A DNA stretch of 63,328 bases from contig NMRA01000098.1 of NCBI GenBank assembly GCA_002633005.1, positions 230,384 to 293,711 on the forward strand. Direction: 5' to 3'. The translations under genes were made by a program, and so were the position numbers. Positions 28,901 to 39,787 of this stretch are shown piece after piece (position 1 is the first letter of the stretch; every line of letters begins with the position of its first letter). The notes beneath the pieces are model-generated. The model worked only from the letters and a program-made list of their open reading frames with translations. It was not told the origin of the DNA and searched no databases. This DNA is from Phoronis australis (taxonomy: Eukaryota; Animalia; Phoronida).

Positions 28901-31900
28901 TACAATGACTACCAGGTATTGATCTACAATCAAGAAAAGTGATACAAGCCTCAATGTGTCCCTGTATCAGTATAATTTATCATAATTCATAATTTATTCT
29001 GTAACAATACCTGTCACAGCACTTATCCACAGTATGAATACTGTACCCAGCTACTGTATTCTAAGCTCATATGCACACAGAATCCAATAAAATGAATCTG
29101 TGACCATTAAAATGCTCAACTGTTCATACATTTTCAAATACATTTTCTTGATACTGTAAAACTGCACTGGGCTATCAACACACATAATCACACAGTGAAC
29201 CTTGCACTGCTGTCATAGATTAAATATACACAATCTTGAATCCAATTAAAAACAAACAAACAAAGCAACGGATATTGATTTCTACTCAAGTAACAAAATT
29301 CGATAACTTCTAATAGTCGCTTACATCTGCCGTTGGTAGACGGGTATATCGCAGGGATCTCCCCGTCAATTTCCACATGCTATCCAGAACACCCAACACT
29401 GGACACTGCCATGTTGAGAGGAGAATAGCAGACTGATTATTCGCACGTGACAATCCCCACGTTTCACAACAGGTCAAACATAACAGCCAACCTCCACAAT
29501 GCTCAATCGATAGACTTGGACGTTTGCACAGATTATAAAAACTTATGCAGTCTCCATAGGAATAGAATAAATGTACCAGCACTCTGTGTGTAAATGGGAA
29601 GTGCAGGATGCACAGGGACTAGAGTAAATACTGACATGTTCTAACAGTACTTGGGTTACAGGTGTTATGACCTTAGTTATATCCCACACATGTCTAGAGA
29701 TAAGGTGATACTATGTGGAATGTCAAAGGATTACATTAAAGCTGGAAAGCTCAAGTTAAGTTTACTAAGTTTTCTTTAAAGAGGTTACGCTAACACAGGT
29801 TTCTGCAGTAATAACACACAATGCCTTTTTAAAACCATGGCAGCTTCACTGCTACAAATTCAGTTTAGACTTGAACTTGACCAGTACAAAGTTAGCAAGG
29901 TTAGTAAATTATGACCCAATATGGTTTTAAAGGTACATTTGCCAAGTCTTGGCAAACAAACAAGTCCTTTAAGAGCAATTCCACTGAATATTGAATGTCT
30001 AAATTTGTTTTAACGTGCTGTCATGCAAGCGGATCGTCCATCATAAATAGTCAGGAAGCAGTGTGGCCTAGTGTATTAGTGTCTAGCTCAGGCTCATGGG
30101 TTGGAGTCCCATTGGGGCACATTGCTGGACCCTTGAGTCAGTCTATATATTTATTGATTAAAGCATAAAAATGGTTCCAGGTGATCAGTGCAATGGGCCC
30201 ACATGTGCGGCCTGCACACGTTTGGTATGTGTAACAGACCACCTATAATTATTTTTTTATCATAATCAAGTGCTTGGTCTCAACGCTGACAACTAGCAAT
30301 GACATGACAATACATTGGAAACTAATGACATGACCAAAAGCTATGATGTACATTTTTTGGAAATCAAATACTTTATGCCTGGACAACAAAAGATTCACAG
30401 GAACAAAAATTCACGAGGCAACAACTTTTCCTAAATACCAACAACTTTTCAATAAATACCATAATGCTCCACTTATTTCGCACAAACAATTTTAAAAAAG
30501 ACCATTTTCAAAGGCTGGTTACCTTTTTGCAAATTATAATGAAAATGAATAATAACAAAAACACTAAATTGCTAGGTTAACAGGATGCTAAACCCTGTTT
30601 CAATGATTTCACCCAAATCTCCCTCTGACACCTGCTAATACATCACTGGGTCCCACTTCAAGTAAAAAGTCACCACTCTCAGAGTTATCAATTGGCCATT
30701 ATGTTTCTTGGTGGGTGGCATTTCCCTGCAGTTGTTGCTAACTATTAAGCCCAGCTCACGATCGCCCAGTTAGCAGGCTCTGTATTAAAGCGTAACTTCA
30801 ACAGAATTTTGTTATTTTAGATGTATTGGGCTAACCAGATAGTCCTAGCAAAACCATAGTGAAATAAGAAAATGCGAGTTCAATCACACAAGAGTAAGCC
30901 CGTCAAATGATAAGTGAAGCTGCCTTTTTGTGCCAAGTTGCGTCACCGCGAGATCCCAGCACAAACAACAAAGGGTCGATAACAAAGGGATATGCCCAGG
31001 TTTCAAAACCCTGCTAGCCAGCTGGGCGAGTGAGTCAGAAAATCTACTCGCCCAACCCGAAGTTCAGTCGCCCGGCCGTTTGTGTAACTATGTCACCACA
31101 AACTTGCTGCCAGAGTCAATAACAATCATTGTTTCGTGCATTGACGTCACCATATATTAGGGTTACCGTATTCGCCCTAATAAGCGCCCAGGGTGCTTAG
31201 CAAAATTGATTTCGGAAGGGGAGCGCTTGGTGGTTGGAACCCGGTCTCCGAAACGGGTGAAATCGGAAGCTAGGATTCATCAAATTTACGCGCTGCGACG
31301 TATCTGTAACATATGATAGACTTTCTACAAAACTGTGGTGAATTGCTATCAAGCTTTGTTGTTAAATTATGATATTTAAAAAAATGTGCTGAAATCCAAG
31401 GCGAAAACTAGCTGACTGATGCGCGCTGCTTCGGGATCGTCGATAGAGCAACTTGAATTCTTGAGTAAAAATACAGTTTCAACTCAACAAATTACCTGAA
31501 ATCCTCCTAAGTTTTCCAAATGGCATCCCTAAGATTTTTAAATTCCTGTGGAGTTGGTATTAACCGTAGATTAAGTCCAAATCTGCGCTAGATCGCACCC
31601 CACAACACGAGAAAAATCTAGACAAACACACAATCATGTTGTTGTTCCGTGACGTTTGTTTGGAAGTTAGTCTGCAGGTGTGTGCCAAGTGAGCGAACGC
31701 GTTCGTGTCATCAGAGTTCATTTGCCAGAGCAACAGGCTAACATATATGTAAGCCCTAGAGTGCGCTTCTTGGCAACCTGCTCATTAACACTGGTCAAGT
31801 TTCGATTCGCAGTTTTTACGAGAACAAAGTAATCTGGATTCCTGTGATGGAGAAGATCTGTACGGGAAAGATACAATGCAATCCCGTTGATAAGTACGCT

Positions 31901-34794
31901 GCGTCTGTTCTGAAAGGCTTGACCATAGTGGGACACCTTCCTCGCAAGGTCATCAAAACTTTTACGTTCTTTTTGAAGCACTGCGGAAGTTTGCAGTGTA
32001 CAGCCACGGCTAAATACCGACATAGCGGCGAAGTTCGTGGTCTAGAAATTCCATGCATAATGATTTTTCAGGACTGTCAGATATTATTGATAAATTGAAG
32101 ACATTTCTGTAGAATTTTAGAACTGCAGGTAAGGCATTTTTCGCATATGTACACGTTCATGGACTGGGCTCTTATTTTAGCAAAGTCCGAAATCAAGTGG
32201 GGGCGCTTATAGAGGCATGGGCACTTACTAGGACAAATGTTACTATTTATAAAATAATTTTGGGTAAAATCACACTGTACATTACAATAAAAAATCAGTT
32301 CCAAGAAATGTGGTATTTCACTTGNCCCCCCCCCCCTTTTCTTCGTTTTGGACTAGTCCACAAAAGCATTTGTGCACGACCAGGCACTGTAATCTTTTGT
32401 CTAGACGAATCGTGTAATGGGTGACATGTACTGTTTGGTAGGATCACACTGCGCCGATCTTTTTTAACTGCCGGAGCATCGTTTCGCTGACCAAGCTGAA
32501 CCTTAAACTCATGATAAAAACAGCACAATGAGGAGAAAATTTATTCATGTTCATCTGGAAAATGATAGTGCTTTCGCGTTCTGAAAATTCTCTCCCCACC
32601 TGGGTGACCGGCAAGTCAACTTCTACTCGTCCAACACCATTTTTACGCGCATTGGCGACTGGGCGAGTGGCTAAGTATATCCCTGTAACAAATGTATTGA
32701 ATAGGGGTCTGAATAGAACACCATTGCCTGCGGGTGTTATTCGCAGCTGTTTGAATTAAAAGGTGATTCTTGCAGTGACGTAGACAAAAGCAAGCCAATA
32801 CGCCTAACAGTTTGTTACATTTGGCAATTTGTGGCGCTAGTGGGCTACGAAGGATGATCTTAACATACTGTAAGAACCAAATTGACAGGTGTTACTGTTC
32901 AAGATAGGCTTTAAGGAGTTTTCCAATTTTGCTAAAAAACTTTGAGGGTCGTCAAGGGGAACTGAACACTATTTTGTTTCAGAGAACTGGCTGAGGAAGT
33001 CGTTTTCAATATGTTTGTAGACCAAAAGAAGTGCAACGAAACATTTAATAATTCTACTTCGACTTTACTATGTTTTCAGTGCCAGTACACAGTTCCTCAG
33101 CAGAAGATAGGCAAAAATTTGTTGATTTGAAAATACCAGATGTAAAACATGAAACTGAATCCGAGGAAATAAAATCCATTTTCTGACACTAAACACTTCT
33201 GTCCAGAGTTTCACACTAGTTCCTGGCACTAATGATCAACTGAATACCACAGATCAAAATATCAAATGATTCAACATTTCCATGGTTCTTGTACATCCAA
33301 CCCTACACTTGACACCTTAACCATTTCACAGGAGAGAGATGTGCTCGAGTCAGTAAGCTCAAGAAGTGTCAACAATAAGCTGCACTATTAAGCAGTTATG
33401 GTTTCGGTTCTCACTCACCGCAGCGAGTTTCCTCTCCAGAGATACCTCGATGGAATTGATCCCTGGTTTAACCGAGATGTTCCCTTCGATGTTCCTAACG
33501 CACGACTGGCACGTCATGCCTTCGATGTAGACGGTGGTTTCAAGGTAGCGCTCGAAACTGGACCGTTCCTTCAGCACTGCAGGAAAACCCATGTCATCGA
33601 TACACTGAACCACTTGTGCAGAATTGATGACAAGAGGATCGTATGTGACTGCACCTTCACTCTCTTTCAATGACACCTGGAAAAATTAAATAAGCGTGAT
33701 GAAATCGCTCTGGAAGTGCAAATACAACTGTGAAGAAAGTTGATGTTATCAAGTCAAGATCACAACTCTACAGCATGTCATGCTACTGATGAAATCAAAT
33801 AGAGTACAAAACAAAAGTATTCAAACAAAATGACCCTGAATTTCCCATCATGATGGTTGGGTGAAAGCACAATTCACCATCAGAGTAGTAGGTTGAAGTT
33901 CATGACTAAGAATGACGGCAACTTACCAACTGTGGAACAGTCATTCAGTGATTAGAGCTGCAGTTATTACCAGTAAGTTGCTGTTAACAGAATTAGCCGT
34001 CATGACAGGAAAACGGTATTTTGTCTGTCACTTTCGTCTTGTACCGTTGTTCAACTTAAATTTTTGGTGCAAAACATGACTTGTACAACATATCGTGTTC
34101 TATTTAAAATTGAAGAATGCTTAACACATCACTAACACAAGAAAAGTGTTTGTTGTACTTTGAGCCAATGGCCATATGTACAAATAAATAAAGGAAAGTG
34201 ACCCTTTCTCTTGAATGAATGAAACCAAATGAAGACAGTTATAAAAGCCAGAAATGAACACAAGGTTTGTACACTCCTTTTTTGATAAAAGCAGTTACCA
34301 AATTAATTAAGAAAAAATGTCTTGACTCCTGTTGACATCTGGGTGAAGATTAAAGGTCCTTCAACACACCTTCGATCATAAAACAAATCTCGTTTTTTAA
34401 GCTTCTTTTTATAGAATTGGTCTCAAATTGTTCATTATTTATTATAATAATTATAAGAGATTTTTGAGCATGGACTGTTCATTCTTTCCAAGCCCACAAA
34501 TGACTTCTTATCTGTGAAAACTGAGACCAGTTTTAGAACTGGAAATGATCTAAATCAAAAGTCACCTTTTTCAAAAATTAAATCAAGGTGGCACCATAGC
34601 ACCTTAATCATTTCCATGACAACCATTTATTCACTAACAAATGACAGTCCACTAGTCATTAATGCAAGACCTTTCACTCTCTGTCTTACCTGAATTTTCT
34701 GCACACCTTTGACCTTGCCAACATTCTCCTCAATATTCTTCACACATGACTGGCAGGTCATGCCTTGAATATCAACAATAGCAACTAATTCCAT
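1762..34794 (-). CDS. ATP7: Copper-transporting P1B-type ATPase (ATP7A/ATP7B family), spliced gene span, 19 coding exons, 3' end not found in window
   Basis: Exons join through GT-AG sites with consistent phases into about 1355 codons. Contains 7x GMTCxSC, TGES (A domain), CPC in [36 protein letters not shown] and MAASS motifs. Confidence 0.97.
2757..2960 (-). CDS. ATP7: ATP7 exon 18 ([10 protein letters not shown] hinge)
   Basis: ctatctag acceptor, GTGAGT donor, 204 nt. Confidence 0.95.
3288..3430 (-). CDS. ATP7: ATP7 exon 17 (TGDN)
   Basis: ccctttag acceptor, GTAAAG donor, 143 nt. Confidence 0.94.
3732..3842. repeat. Minisatellite, about 22-bp unit x5 (accaccaggagggtccctatac)
   Basis: Imperfect tandem copies read directly. 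Confidence 0.8.
4020..4172 (-). CDS. ATP7: ATP7 exon 16 (VLIGNREWM)
   Basis: tgctgcag acceptor, GTAAGA donor, 153 nt, phase 1-1. Confidence 0.92.
4623..4842 (-). CDS. ATP7: ATP7 exon 15 (N domain, FQAVPGCG)
   Basis: tgtcacag acceptor, GTAGGT donor, 220 nt, phase 0-1. Confidence 0.9.
5399..5581 (-). CDS. ATP7: ATP7 exon 14 (DKTGT phosphorylation site, SEHP)
   Basis: ctctgtag acceptor, GTAAAT donor, 183 nt. Confidence 0.95.
6400..6591 (-). CDS. ATP7: ATP7 exon 13 (CPC transmembrane motif)
   Basis: tttcatag acceptor, GTAGGT donor, 192 nt; [23 protein letters not shown]. Confidence 0.95.
6888..7022 (-). CDS. ATP7: ATP7 exon 12 (not in ORF track)
   Basis: tgttctag acceptor, GTAAGT donor, 135 nt; [18 protein letters not shown]... 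Confidence 0.93.
7010..7707. repeat. About 350-bp tandem duplication across a single N (7359), probable assembly overlap
   Basis: 7010-7358 and 7360-7707 are nearly identical, differing by small indels. Confidence 0.85.
7433..8893 (+). mobile_element. Non-autonomous pogo/Tc1-mariner-like element with a HIRAN-like remnant, copy 1
   Basis: TA-CCGTATTCGCCCTAATAAG ... CTTATTAGGGCAAATACGA-TA termini; internal [11 protein letters not shown]...[10 protein letters not shown]...VGHVP...GGLEIP. Confidence 0.7.
7897..7972. repeat. (GT)n microsatellite
   Basis: Read directly. Confidence 0.95.
9077..10136 (+). mobile_element. TGT..ACA element with ~55-bp inverted ends and a decayed Gypsy-type integrase C-terminal half (Ginger-like or LTR-derived)
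   Basis: TGTAACAGAGCAAATCTCCAGTGAACACCAAAATGTGTATTTCA with its inverse at 10093-10136; CERFNHTL...W...[14 protein letters not shown] (frameshift) LFFGREP; [13 protein letters not shown]. Confidence 0.7.
10503..10627 (-). CDS. ATP7: ATP7 exon 11 (not in ORF track)
   Basis: cttatccag acceptor, GTAAGA donor, 125 nt; manual translation [42 protein letters not shown]. Confidence 0.93.
11075..11183 (-). CDS. ATP7: ATP7 exon 10 (TGES motif)
   Basis: ttttccag acceptor, GTATGT donor, 109 nt; [10 protein letters not shown]...[12 protein letters not shown]. Confidence 0.94.
11360..11507. repeat. About 148-bp direct repeat, copy 1 (copy 2 at about 12902-13048), bracketing a repeat-filled insertion and the N gap
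   Basis: taatccagtaaatagcaac...caatagacaggatt occurs twice with few mismatches. Confidence 0.85.
11640..12903 (+). mobile_element. Helentron-associated non-autonomous element (HINE/DINE-1-like), interrupted by the N gap at 12132-12268
   Basis: Internal tandem subunits, a (GACG)n tract and a 3' hairpin ATGCGTCCACATATAAATATGTGGGCGCAT (12871-12900). Same family as 45151-46358. Confidence 0.6.
13074..13214 (-). CDS. ATP7: ATP7 exon 9
   Basis: tcttgcag acceptor, GTCAGT donor, 141 nt; [18 protein letters not shown]...LVQRGDILK. Confidence 0.92.
13206..13560 (-). repeat. 50/51-bp minisatellite x7 that includes the ATP7 exon 9 splice acceptor
   Basis: ttaccctg recurs at 13210, 13261, 13311, 13362, 13412, 13463 and 13514. 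Confidence 0.93.
13986..14219 (-). CDS. ATP7: ATP7 exon 8
   Basis: cttttccag acceptor, GTAACA donor, 234 nt; FLGGRYFY...[10 protein letters not shown]...GRWLEHIAK. Confidence 0.94.
14442..15998. mobile_element. Harbinger/PIF-like non-autonomous element with a nested HINE-like repeat (about 14640-15352)
   Basis: TGA-GGGCTGTT...AACAGCCC-TGA (3-bp target duplication). The nested element ends in a GACG/GACA tract plus hairpin (tgcgaccac...gtgggtgca). Confidence 0.55.
16169..16406 (-). CDS. ATP7: ATP7 exon 7 (TM1, luminal loop, TM2)
   Basis: cctgcag acceptor, GTAAGG donor, 238 nt; WRNSFFLSL...[18 protein letters not shown]. Confidence 0.92.
17030..17620 (+). mobile_element. Decayed 3' end of an L1/Tx1-like LINE
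   Basis: LRWFQ...[15 protein letters not shown] resembles the C-terminal zinc-knuckle region of non-LTR ORF2; ends in AATAAA plus an A-rich tail next to the exon 6 donor. Confidence 0.55.
17634..17872 (-). CDS. ATP7: ATP7 exon 6 (MBD7)
   Basis: tttttag acceptor, GTAAGT donor, 239 nt, phase 0-2; [15 protein letters not shown]. Confidence 0.93.
18582..19250. mobile_element. Harbinger/PIF-like MITE
   Basis: AGGCCCAGTCATATAGCCGATCACGCATGAATCACTCAT with its inverse at 19212-19250; flanks GTA/TTA; internal ACGCAT/ATCAC repeats. Confidence 0.7.
20394..20557 (-). CDS. ATP7: ATP7 exon 5, copy B (probably an allelic assembly duplicate)
   Basis: Encodes the same peptide as 21964-22127. Lies in a ~1.57-kb near-identical duplication joined at a single N (20864). 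Confidence 0.55.
20650..20863. repeat. 37-bp minisatellite (gggagtcccaactgagtggtgctaagtataagtgaat), about 6 copies; about 5 copies again at 22220-22401
   Basis: Head-to-tail units with no spacers. Confidence 0.9.
21964..22127 (-). CDS. ATP7: ATP7 exon 5 (end of MBD6), copy A
   Basis: tgtgcag acceptor, GTAAGT donor, 164 nt, phase 1-0; [19 protein letters not shown]...LGF. Confidence 0.88.
23709..23927 (-). CDS. ATP7: ATP7 exon 4 (linker and start of MBD6)
   Basis: tttttacag acceptor, GTGAAA donor, 219 nt, phase 1-1; GMTCASCV. Confidence 0.9.
27244..28027 (-). CDS. ATP7: ATP7 exon 3 (end of MBD2, MBD3-5)
   Basis: ttttcccag acceptor, GTAGGT donor, 784 nt, phase 0-1; three GMTCxSCV motifs and repeated DDMGF/DEMGF. 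Confidence 0.95.
30055..30200 (+). mobile_element. Degenerate tRNA-derived SINE-like fragment
   Basis: A-box-like TGGCCTAGTG and B-box-like GGTTGGAGTCC at tRNA-like spacing; no full cloverleaf. Confidence 0.3.
30986..32685. mobile_element. hAT-like non-autonomous element hosting the second pogo-like copy
   Basis: AGGGATAT...ATATCCCTG ends, TAACAAA on both flanks, ACTCGCCC/GGGCGAGT subterminal repeats. Confidence 0.45.
31166..32241 (+). mobile_element. pogo/mariner-like element with a HIRAN-like remnant, copy 2
   Basis: Same TA-CCGTATTCGCCCTAATAAG end and colinear homology to 7433-8893; [10 protein letters not shown]...VGHLP...GLEIPC. Confidence 0.7.
33419..33676 (-). CDS. ATP7: ATP7 exon 2 (end of MBD1, MBD2)
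   Basis: ttttccag acceptor, GTGAGT donor, 258 nt, phase 0-0; IDDMGF and GMTCQSCV. Confidence 0.93.
34690..34794 (-). CDS. ATP7: ATP7 coding exon 1 ([18 protein letters not shown]...KIQ), start of MBD1
   Basis: Acceptor tttgtttcag just before AG-ATG; donor GTAAGA at 34689; 105 nt. Start Met is inferred; an upstream exon is likely. Confidence 0.88.
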
Positions 34795-37700
34795 CTCTGA
34801 AACAAAATCATAACTATATTCAATGAATTTCATAAAAACACCCAACATTTTTTTAATATTTAAACAACTTCGCATTAGAGTATCGGAAAATTTCATAACA
34901 CAACTTTTCTTAAATTCTCTAATTAAATTACAACTGATACAATGATATCCCCAATTTTTTCTTTTCATAATTTTACTGCCAGTCTTTTTCTTACAGAAGA
35001 GTTTTCTGTACACAAGCCCAGGTGTACATTTGAAAAACATCATATTAATAAACCAAAAATCCAGTGATGAATATAGTACACTCAGATGTGTCAATACTGT
35101 AGCCATCATGCAAATTGTAATGAAGAGAGTAAATACGCATTACTGTCGATGCACCATTCGATGTCATAACAGGTAGGAGCTTATGGTTGAAAATTCACAA
35201 TGGTTAAGGATTTGGTTCCATTTCTTACGCAACAAGGGAAAGTTTTAGGGCATTTATAGTTGCATAAATGCCTGCTCTGAGCCTATCTATGTAAAATTGT
35301 TCTTATAAATGCCTACCTGTCCCCCCACCCCTTCCCTGGGTATATCTAAAGATAAAGTTGCCAGCAGCAAACACCAAATGTCATTGACAAAGGGGGGTAC
35401 TCCCATAGAAGAGGTACACAGGACGTGTTGATCACAAGAGTGTTTTTCTCATGACCAGTTTTTCTATGAAAAGGTGCATTTTCTGACAAAATTCTCTACG
35501 AAAGGATTCACTATGGGAGCTCAACAATGTTTATAGTCAAGTGCTGCCTTGGGCAGTAATACCACTGCAAAAGCAGAGCTGTAACAAAATTTTGCTGACT
35601 CATTGAGTGTTGAATTGACTGAAACAAGACTGAAAATGATCAAAGTCAATGAGAATATATCCTACAAAATAAATACAGACTTCAAAAAGATATATAGAAT
35701 TGATTCAAGACAAGTATGGCTTCAGATTTCAGACAAAACCCGAATAGAATTTCATACAAGACGAAGACAAACAGACCGTTATCTTATAGTACAACAGGCA
35801 TATCATAAGGTTCAGCTTTTAAAAGTAAACACCAAATCATTGCCAATATCCACAAAGTCAATACGCATATGTTGGTACTGAGACTAATAACGAGTTGTTT
35901 TATTGGAAAAAACAATGACGCCAAAAGTTATTTGGCAGGTGTGTCGAAGTTCACCACTAAGCACGGTATATTGCATTCATCCACAATCGCTTTCCGCAAC
36001 TGAATGACAGACTCAAACTCATCCGTGTACACTGTCAATCTAAAGGGAGTCAACAGCAAGGTGTGATCTTTTCATTGTGCACTGATCAACCAGAGCCAAA
36101 ATGATCAGTGTTTATGACACGTTGTCGTGAATGGTAATTACAGTAATTCTTGACTTATTTCACACACTTGCCTAATTTTGCACATCTAAAATTATTCAGA
36201 AAAATAATATTTTGTCCCTCACTTATTTCGCATGAGGTTACTTGGTGGGAATTTCTTGCCTCAACTAAAGTTGCATTTACTTGACAGACAGCTGTCTTGG
36301 AGCAGCTAACATGGAACAGCTGATCAGGTGTAAATACGTGTGTAAACATGACTGACACGGAGAAAGATGACACCGCGGTGGCCATTTTTCACATTGAGAG
36401 GTGGAGCAAGTTGAACTTGATGAGTTGCTCCAGTTTCAACTACACGTCTAAACACAACTGGGGTAGGGATCATCTTTCAACGCACTCCTGCAATAACGTG
36501 GTTTGGACCTTTGCTATTGTTTATGCGAGCATGCGCAGTTTTCATGTAAGTGACTCATGCTGATCCAGTTTGCGATCTAATGTCGTGTAAATGTGACTTA
36601 AGTGGAGCAAGACGCGCCGTGACAACTGTCTCTTGTGTAAAAATGGTTTAATTTGCACAGTCAGTTCTGCTCTTTCAAAACTTTCAGCATAGAGCCTAAT
36701 CATTAATTGTAATAATACACACTTTTTTCCATGCTTAATAAGGTCTGACCATTCATTCACCATTTAATTCATTCAATCACATGATACCTCACCCTGTTGT
36801 AAACAGAAGAATGTCGTGATTCAGAGTCACATATGCTCGAGTGTTTCAGTAAGATGATGACAGGATAAAGAAAGTTAACTGGATCACGTTGCCAACATGT
36901 AGGTCACATTTCCACACAGGCAGTTGACATTTCTTAGTTACTCAGTTAATTTCGCACACCAGTACTAGTACACTACAAAGTATGCATCTATTCATTTTAC
37001 TTGGCACAGCCCCATTATCAAGAAAATATATGTCATTCACTTCAATGAATTGTATGGCTATACAGTCATTGTCTAAAAGACGGAATCGAGAGTCAACAGT
37101 GGCTCAACATCATTTCCGGCTAGTGTTTACAAGGTGAACAGAAGACCACCGGAAGTATAGTTCCTACTCAGTTATCTATGTACTGTCAATAAATAGTGAA
37201 GCAAGCGAATTTTCGTGCCAAAAGAAGGGTGGGGGGAACAATCACCACGCTTGAGGTAAGTATGCTTCAACAAAGGATTTTTAAAAAGCTACAAGGCAGT
37301 GTACCAATCAGAACCCAAAACCTGCCCTTTCAGAATGTGCCAAAGTTAAAACATAACCTTAATGAGGTAATATCATAACATAAAGTTGACGGTAAGCGAT
37401 TTAGAGGTTCTATAAGACAGATGACAGCCGAAACCGTAAATTCACTCTTCTAGACTGTGCAGAGACTACCACCAAAATGACAACTTCAATGTCCATTTCT
37501 ACTTCCGCTGCACTAAGATCTCGAAGGTTGGTCTCGTTTCTAAATCAACCAATGGCATTCTAGTACAAAAGATGTCATTAGGTTAACTGTTGACAACTTT
37601 TCACAAATTCCCAGATCAACTTACGATGATGTTTGAGAGCACAGCATATGTGTGGAAAATATAGACATTTGCACAGCCAACTTGACCTTTTTAGTTTTGG

Positions 37701-37829
37701 TTAGGAACTGGTACAGTATTGTGCTTCTTTCAGGCAATGCTACCACAGGTAAGATTTTAATACGCTATATTTGGGAAAAATTGCGTTCCACGGTTTAACA
37801 ACCTTGTGGATTGGGTTGCAATGGGTTAC

Positions 37830-38350
37830 ACGTCTACAGGCCATGTAGACAGTGACCTATTGGCACTTCATACACCGGAAATTTTTCAACAAATTATGTC
37901 TCACACTGACTAAAACATCAAAGTGGAGAGGGACACCTTAGTAGGCCGTCGATGTATTTAATTCCTTCCAATTTGAACAAATCCTGTTATCAAACATTTT
38001 CTATGAACGGTCCCTCGTTCACTTCCCAAAATCGGTAACTCACCTTTTTTAACAATGCACACGCCAGGGGATATGACGTCATACCACCAGCCACGCGCAG
38101 TGTAAAAAATGTTGAGTTACCAATTTTGGGAACTGAATGAGGGACTGCTCGAAGAAGAAGTGTGGCAACGGGTGTATTTGTTCGTGCTAGAAGGAATCAA
38201 ATATATCGGCGGCCTCCCAAGGTGTCCCTCTATGCGCAAAAGGTACTTAGAGCAACGTGACTTTGATGTTTTAGTCTGTGCGAGGCATAATTCACCGAAA
38301 AGCTTCCAGCGTATGAAGCGCCTGCAGGAGCTCGGCACTTGTCGGATATA
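37830..38350. mobile_element. Older foldback copy related to the 38747-39711 element
   Basis: Two inverted arms (about 37875-38050 and 38105-38330) homologous to the inverted repeats of the neighbouring element. Confidence 0.6.
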
Positions 38351-38746
38351 GCCAGTACGCGATTTAGAGAACTAGTTTCATCCACTAAATAACGGGACCA
38401 TTATTCAGTGATTGCCTGATTCTCTAAATCAGGGACCACTATATCCGACCAGTGCCTAGGAGCTCCACCGTCCTACTAGCGGTGCCAGTAGCCAGTAGGA
38501 AGGTGGTCACTACAGTCTACGACTACAGCCAGGCCATGGGCCATGCATAGGGGCATCCATAACTGTCCAATCCTGACACAATTGTCACTGACCAAGCAAT
38601 TTAGGTAAGCTCTATACGAATGAATGCGGCTAGTCTATACAATTACAAATCACAAAACAGTCACTAGTCAGAAGTATCAGTCGAGTAACCAGGTTGATTT
38701 TGTAAACGCAAACCCGTTTAGGCCTACGGCTACATAAAACTGTCCC

Positions 38747-39711
38747 TAGGCAATGACCATCGCCTCTGTTGGCCCGAACCAGAGGCGATGTAGAGGCTAT
38801 AGGCGCTCTGTACGCCGGAAGCTTTTCGGCGAATTATGCCTCGCACCGACTAAACCATCAAAGTCACGTTGTTATAAATACCTTTTGCGCATAGAGGAAC
38901 ACCTTAGGAGGTTGTCGATGTGNGCATAGAGGAACACCTTAGGAGGTTGTCGATGTGTTTAAGTCCTTCCAACTCGAACAAATACTCCCGTTATGAAACT
39001 TTTTCTTCGAGCAGTCCCTATTTCAGTTCCCAAAATCGTGAAATCAAAATTTTTGTACTGCGCACGCTCCAATTTTTACCGCGCTCGCTGGGTGATGTGA
39101 CTTCATAACCTCAATAATTTTTAAACAGGCCAAAGGTGAGCCATTGCGGTCTTGTCAAATGTTCGTTTCCAAAATGCCACCACTTATACTTGTCTTTAAT
39201 TGGCGTTACTTGAAACTGTTTGTATTTCAATGAATTATTGTATTTGATAAAAATAAATGCTGTTGATATGACATTTAATAGTCTTTGAGCACATATTTGA
39301 CATTTTAATGTTTAACAACACGGCAAATGCACGGCTGGTTCCCGGCAGCACGTACGCGAAGGGCGGGAACTTTAGCTTTCAAAGTTCGCCGGTAGGTCCG
39401 CAACTTCTGACCTTCGGCCTGGTTAAAAAACTGAAAAAGTTGATTTCACGATTTTGGGAACTGAAATGGGGACTGCTCGAAGAAAAAGTTTCGACATAAC
39501 GGGAGTATTTGTTCGAGTTGGAAGGAATTAAACACATCGACAACCTCCTAAGGTGTTCCTCTATGCGCAAAAGGTATTTATAACAACGTGACTTTGACGG
39601 TTTAGTCGGTGCGAGGCATAATTCGCCGAAAACCTTCCGGCGTACAGAGCGCCTATAGCCTCTACATCGCCTCTGGTTCGGGCCAACAACAGAGGCGATG
39701 GTCATTACCTA
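38747..39711. mobile_element. Non-autonomous DNA transposon with TAG..CTA termini, ~280-bp inverted repeats and a perfect 9-bp target duplication (AcademH-like; MULE possible)
   Basis: AACTGTCCC-TAGGCAATGACC ... GGTCATTACCTA-AACTGTCCC; each arm holds the hairpin CATCGCCTCTG..CAGAGGCGATG. Confidence 0.8.
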
Positions 39712-39787
39712 AACTGTCCCGTGAAATACAAATTGAACAGACATGAACATCAGTAAATCGACTGAAGATTCACCCTAAACAACATAC

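Noticed and set aside
38888-38957. About 34-bp direct repeat inside the left arm of the promoter-adjacent transposon
   Set aside because: Split by a single N at 38923 and absent from the right arm; a contig-overlap artefact.
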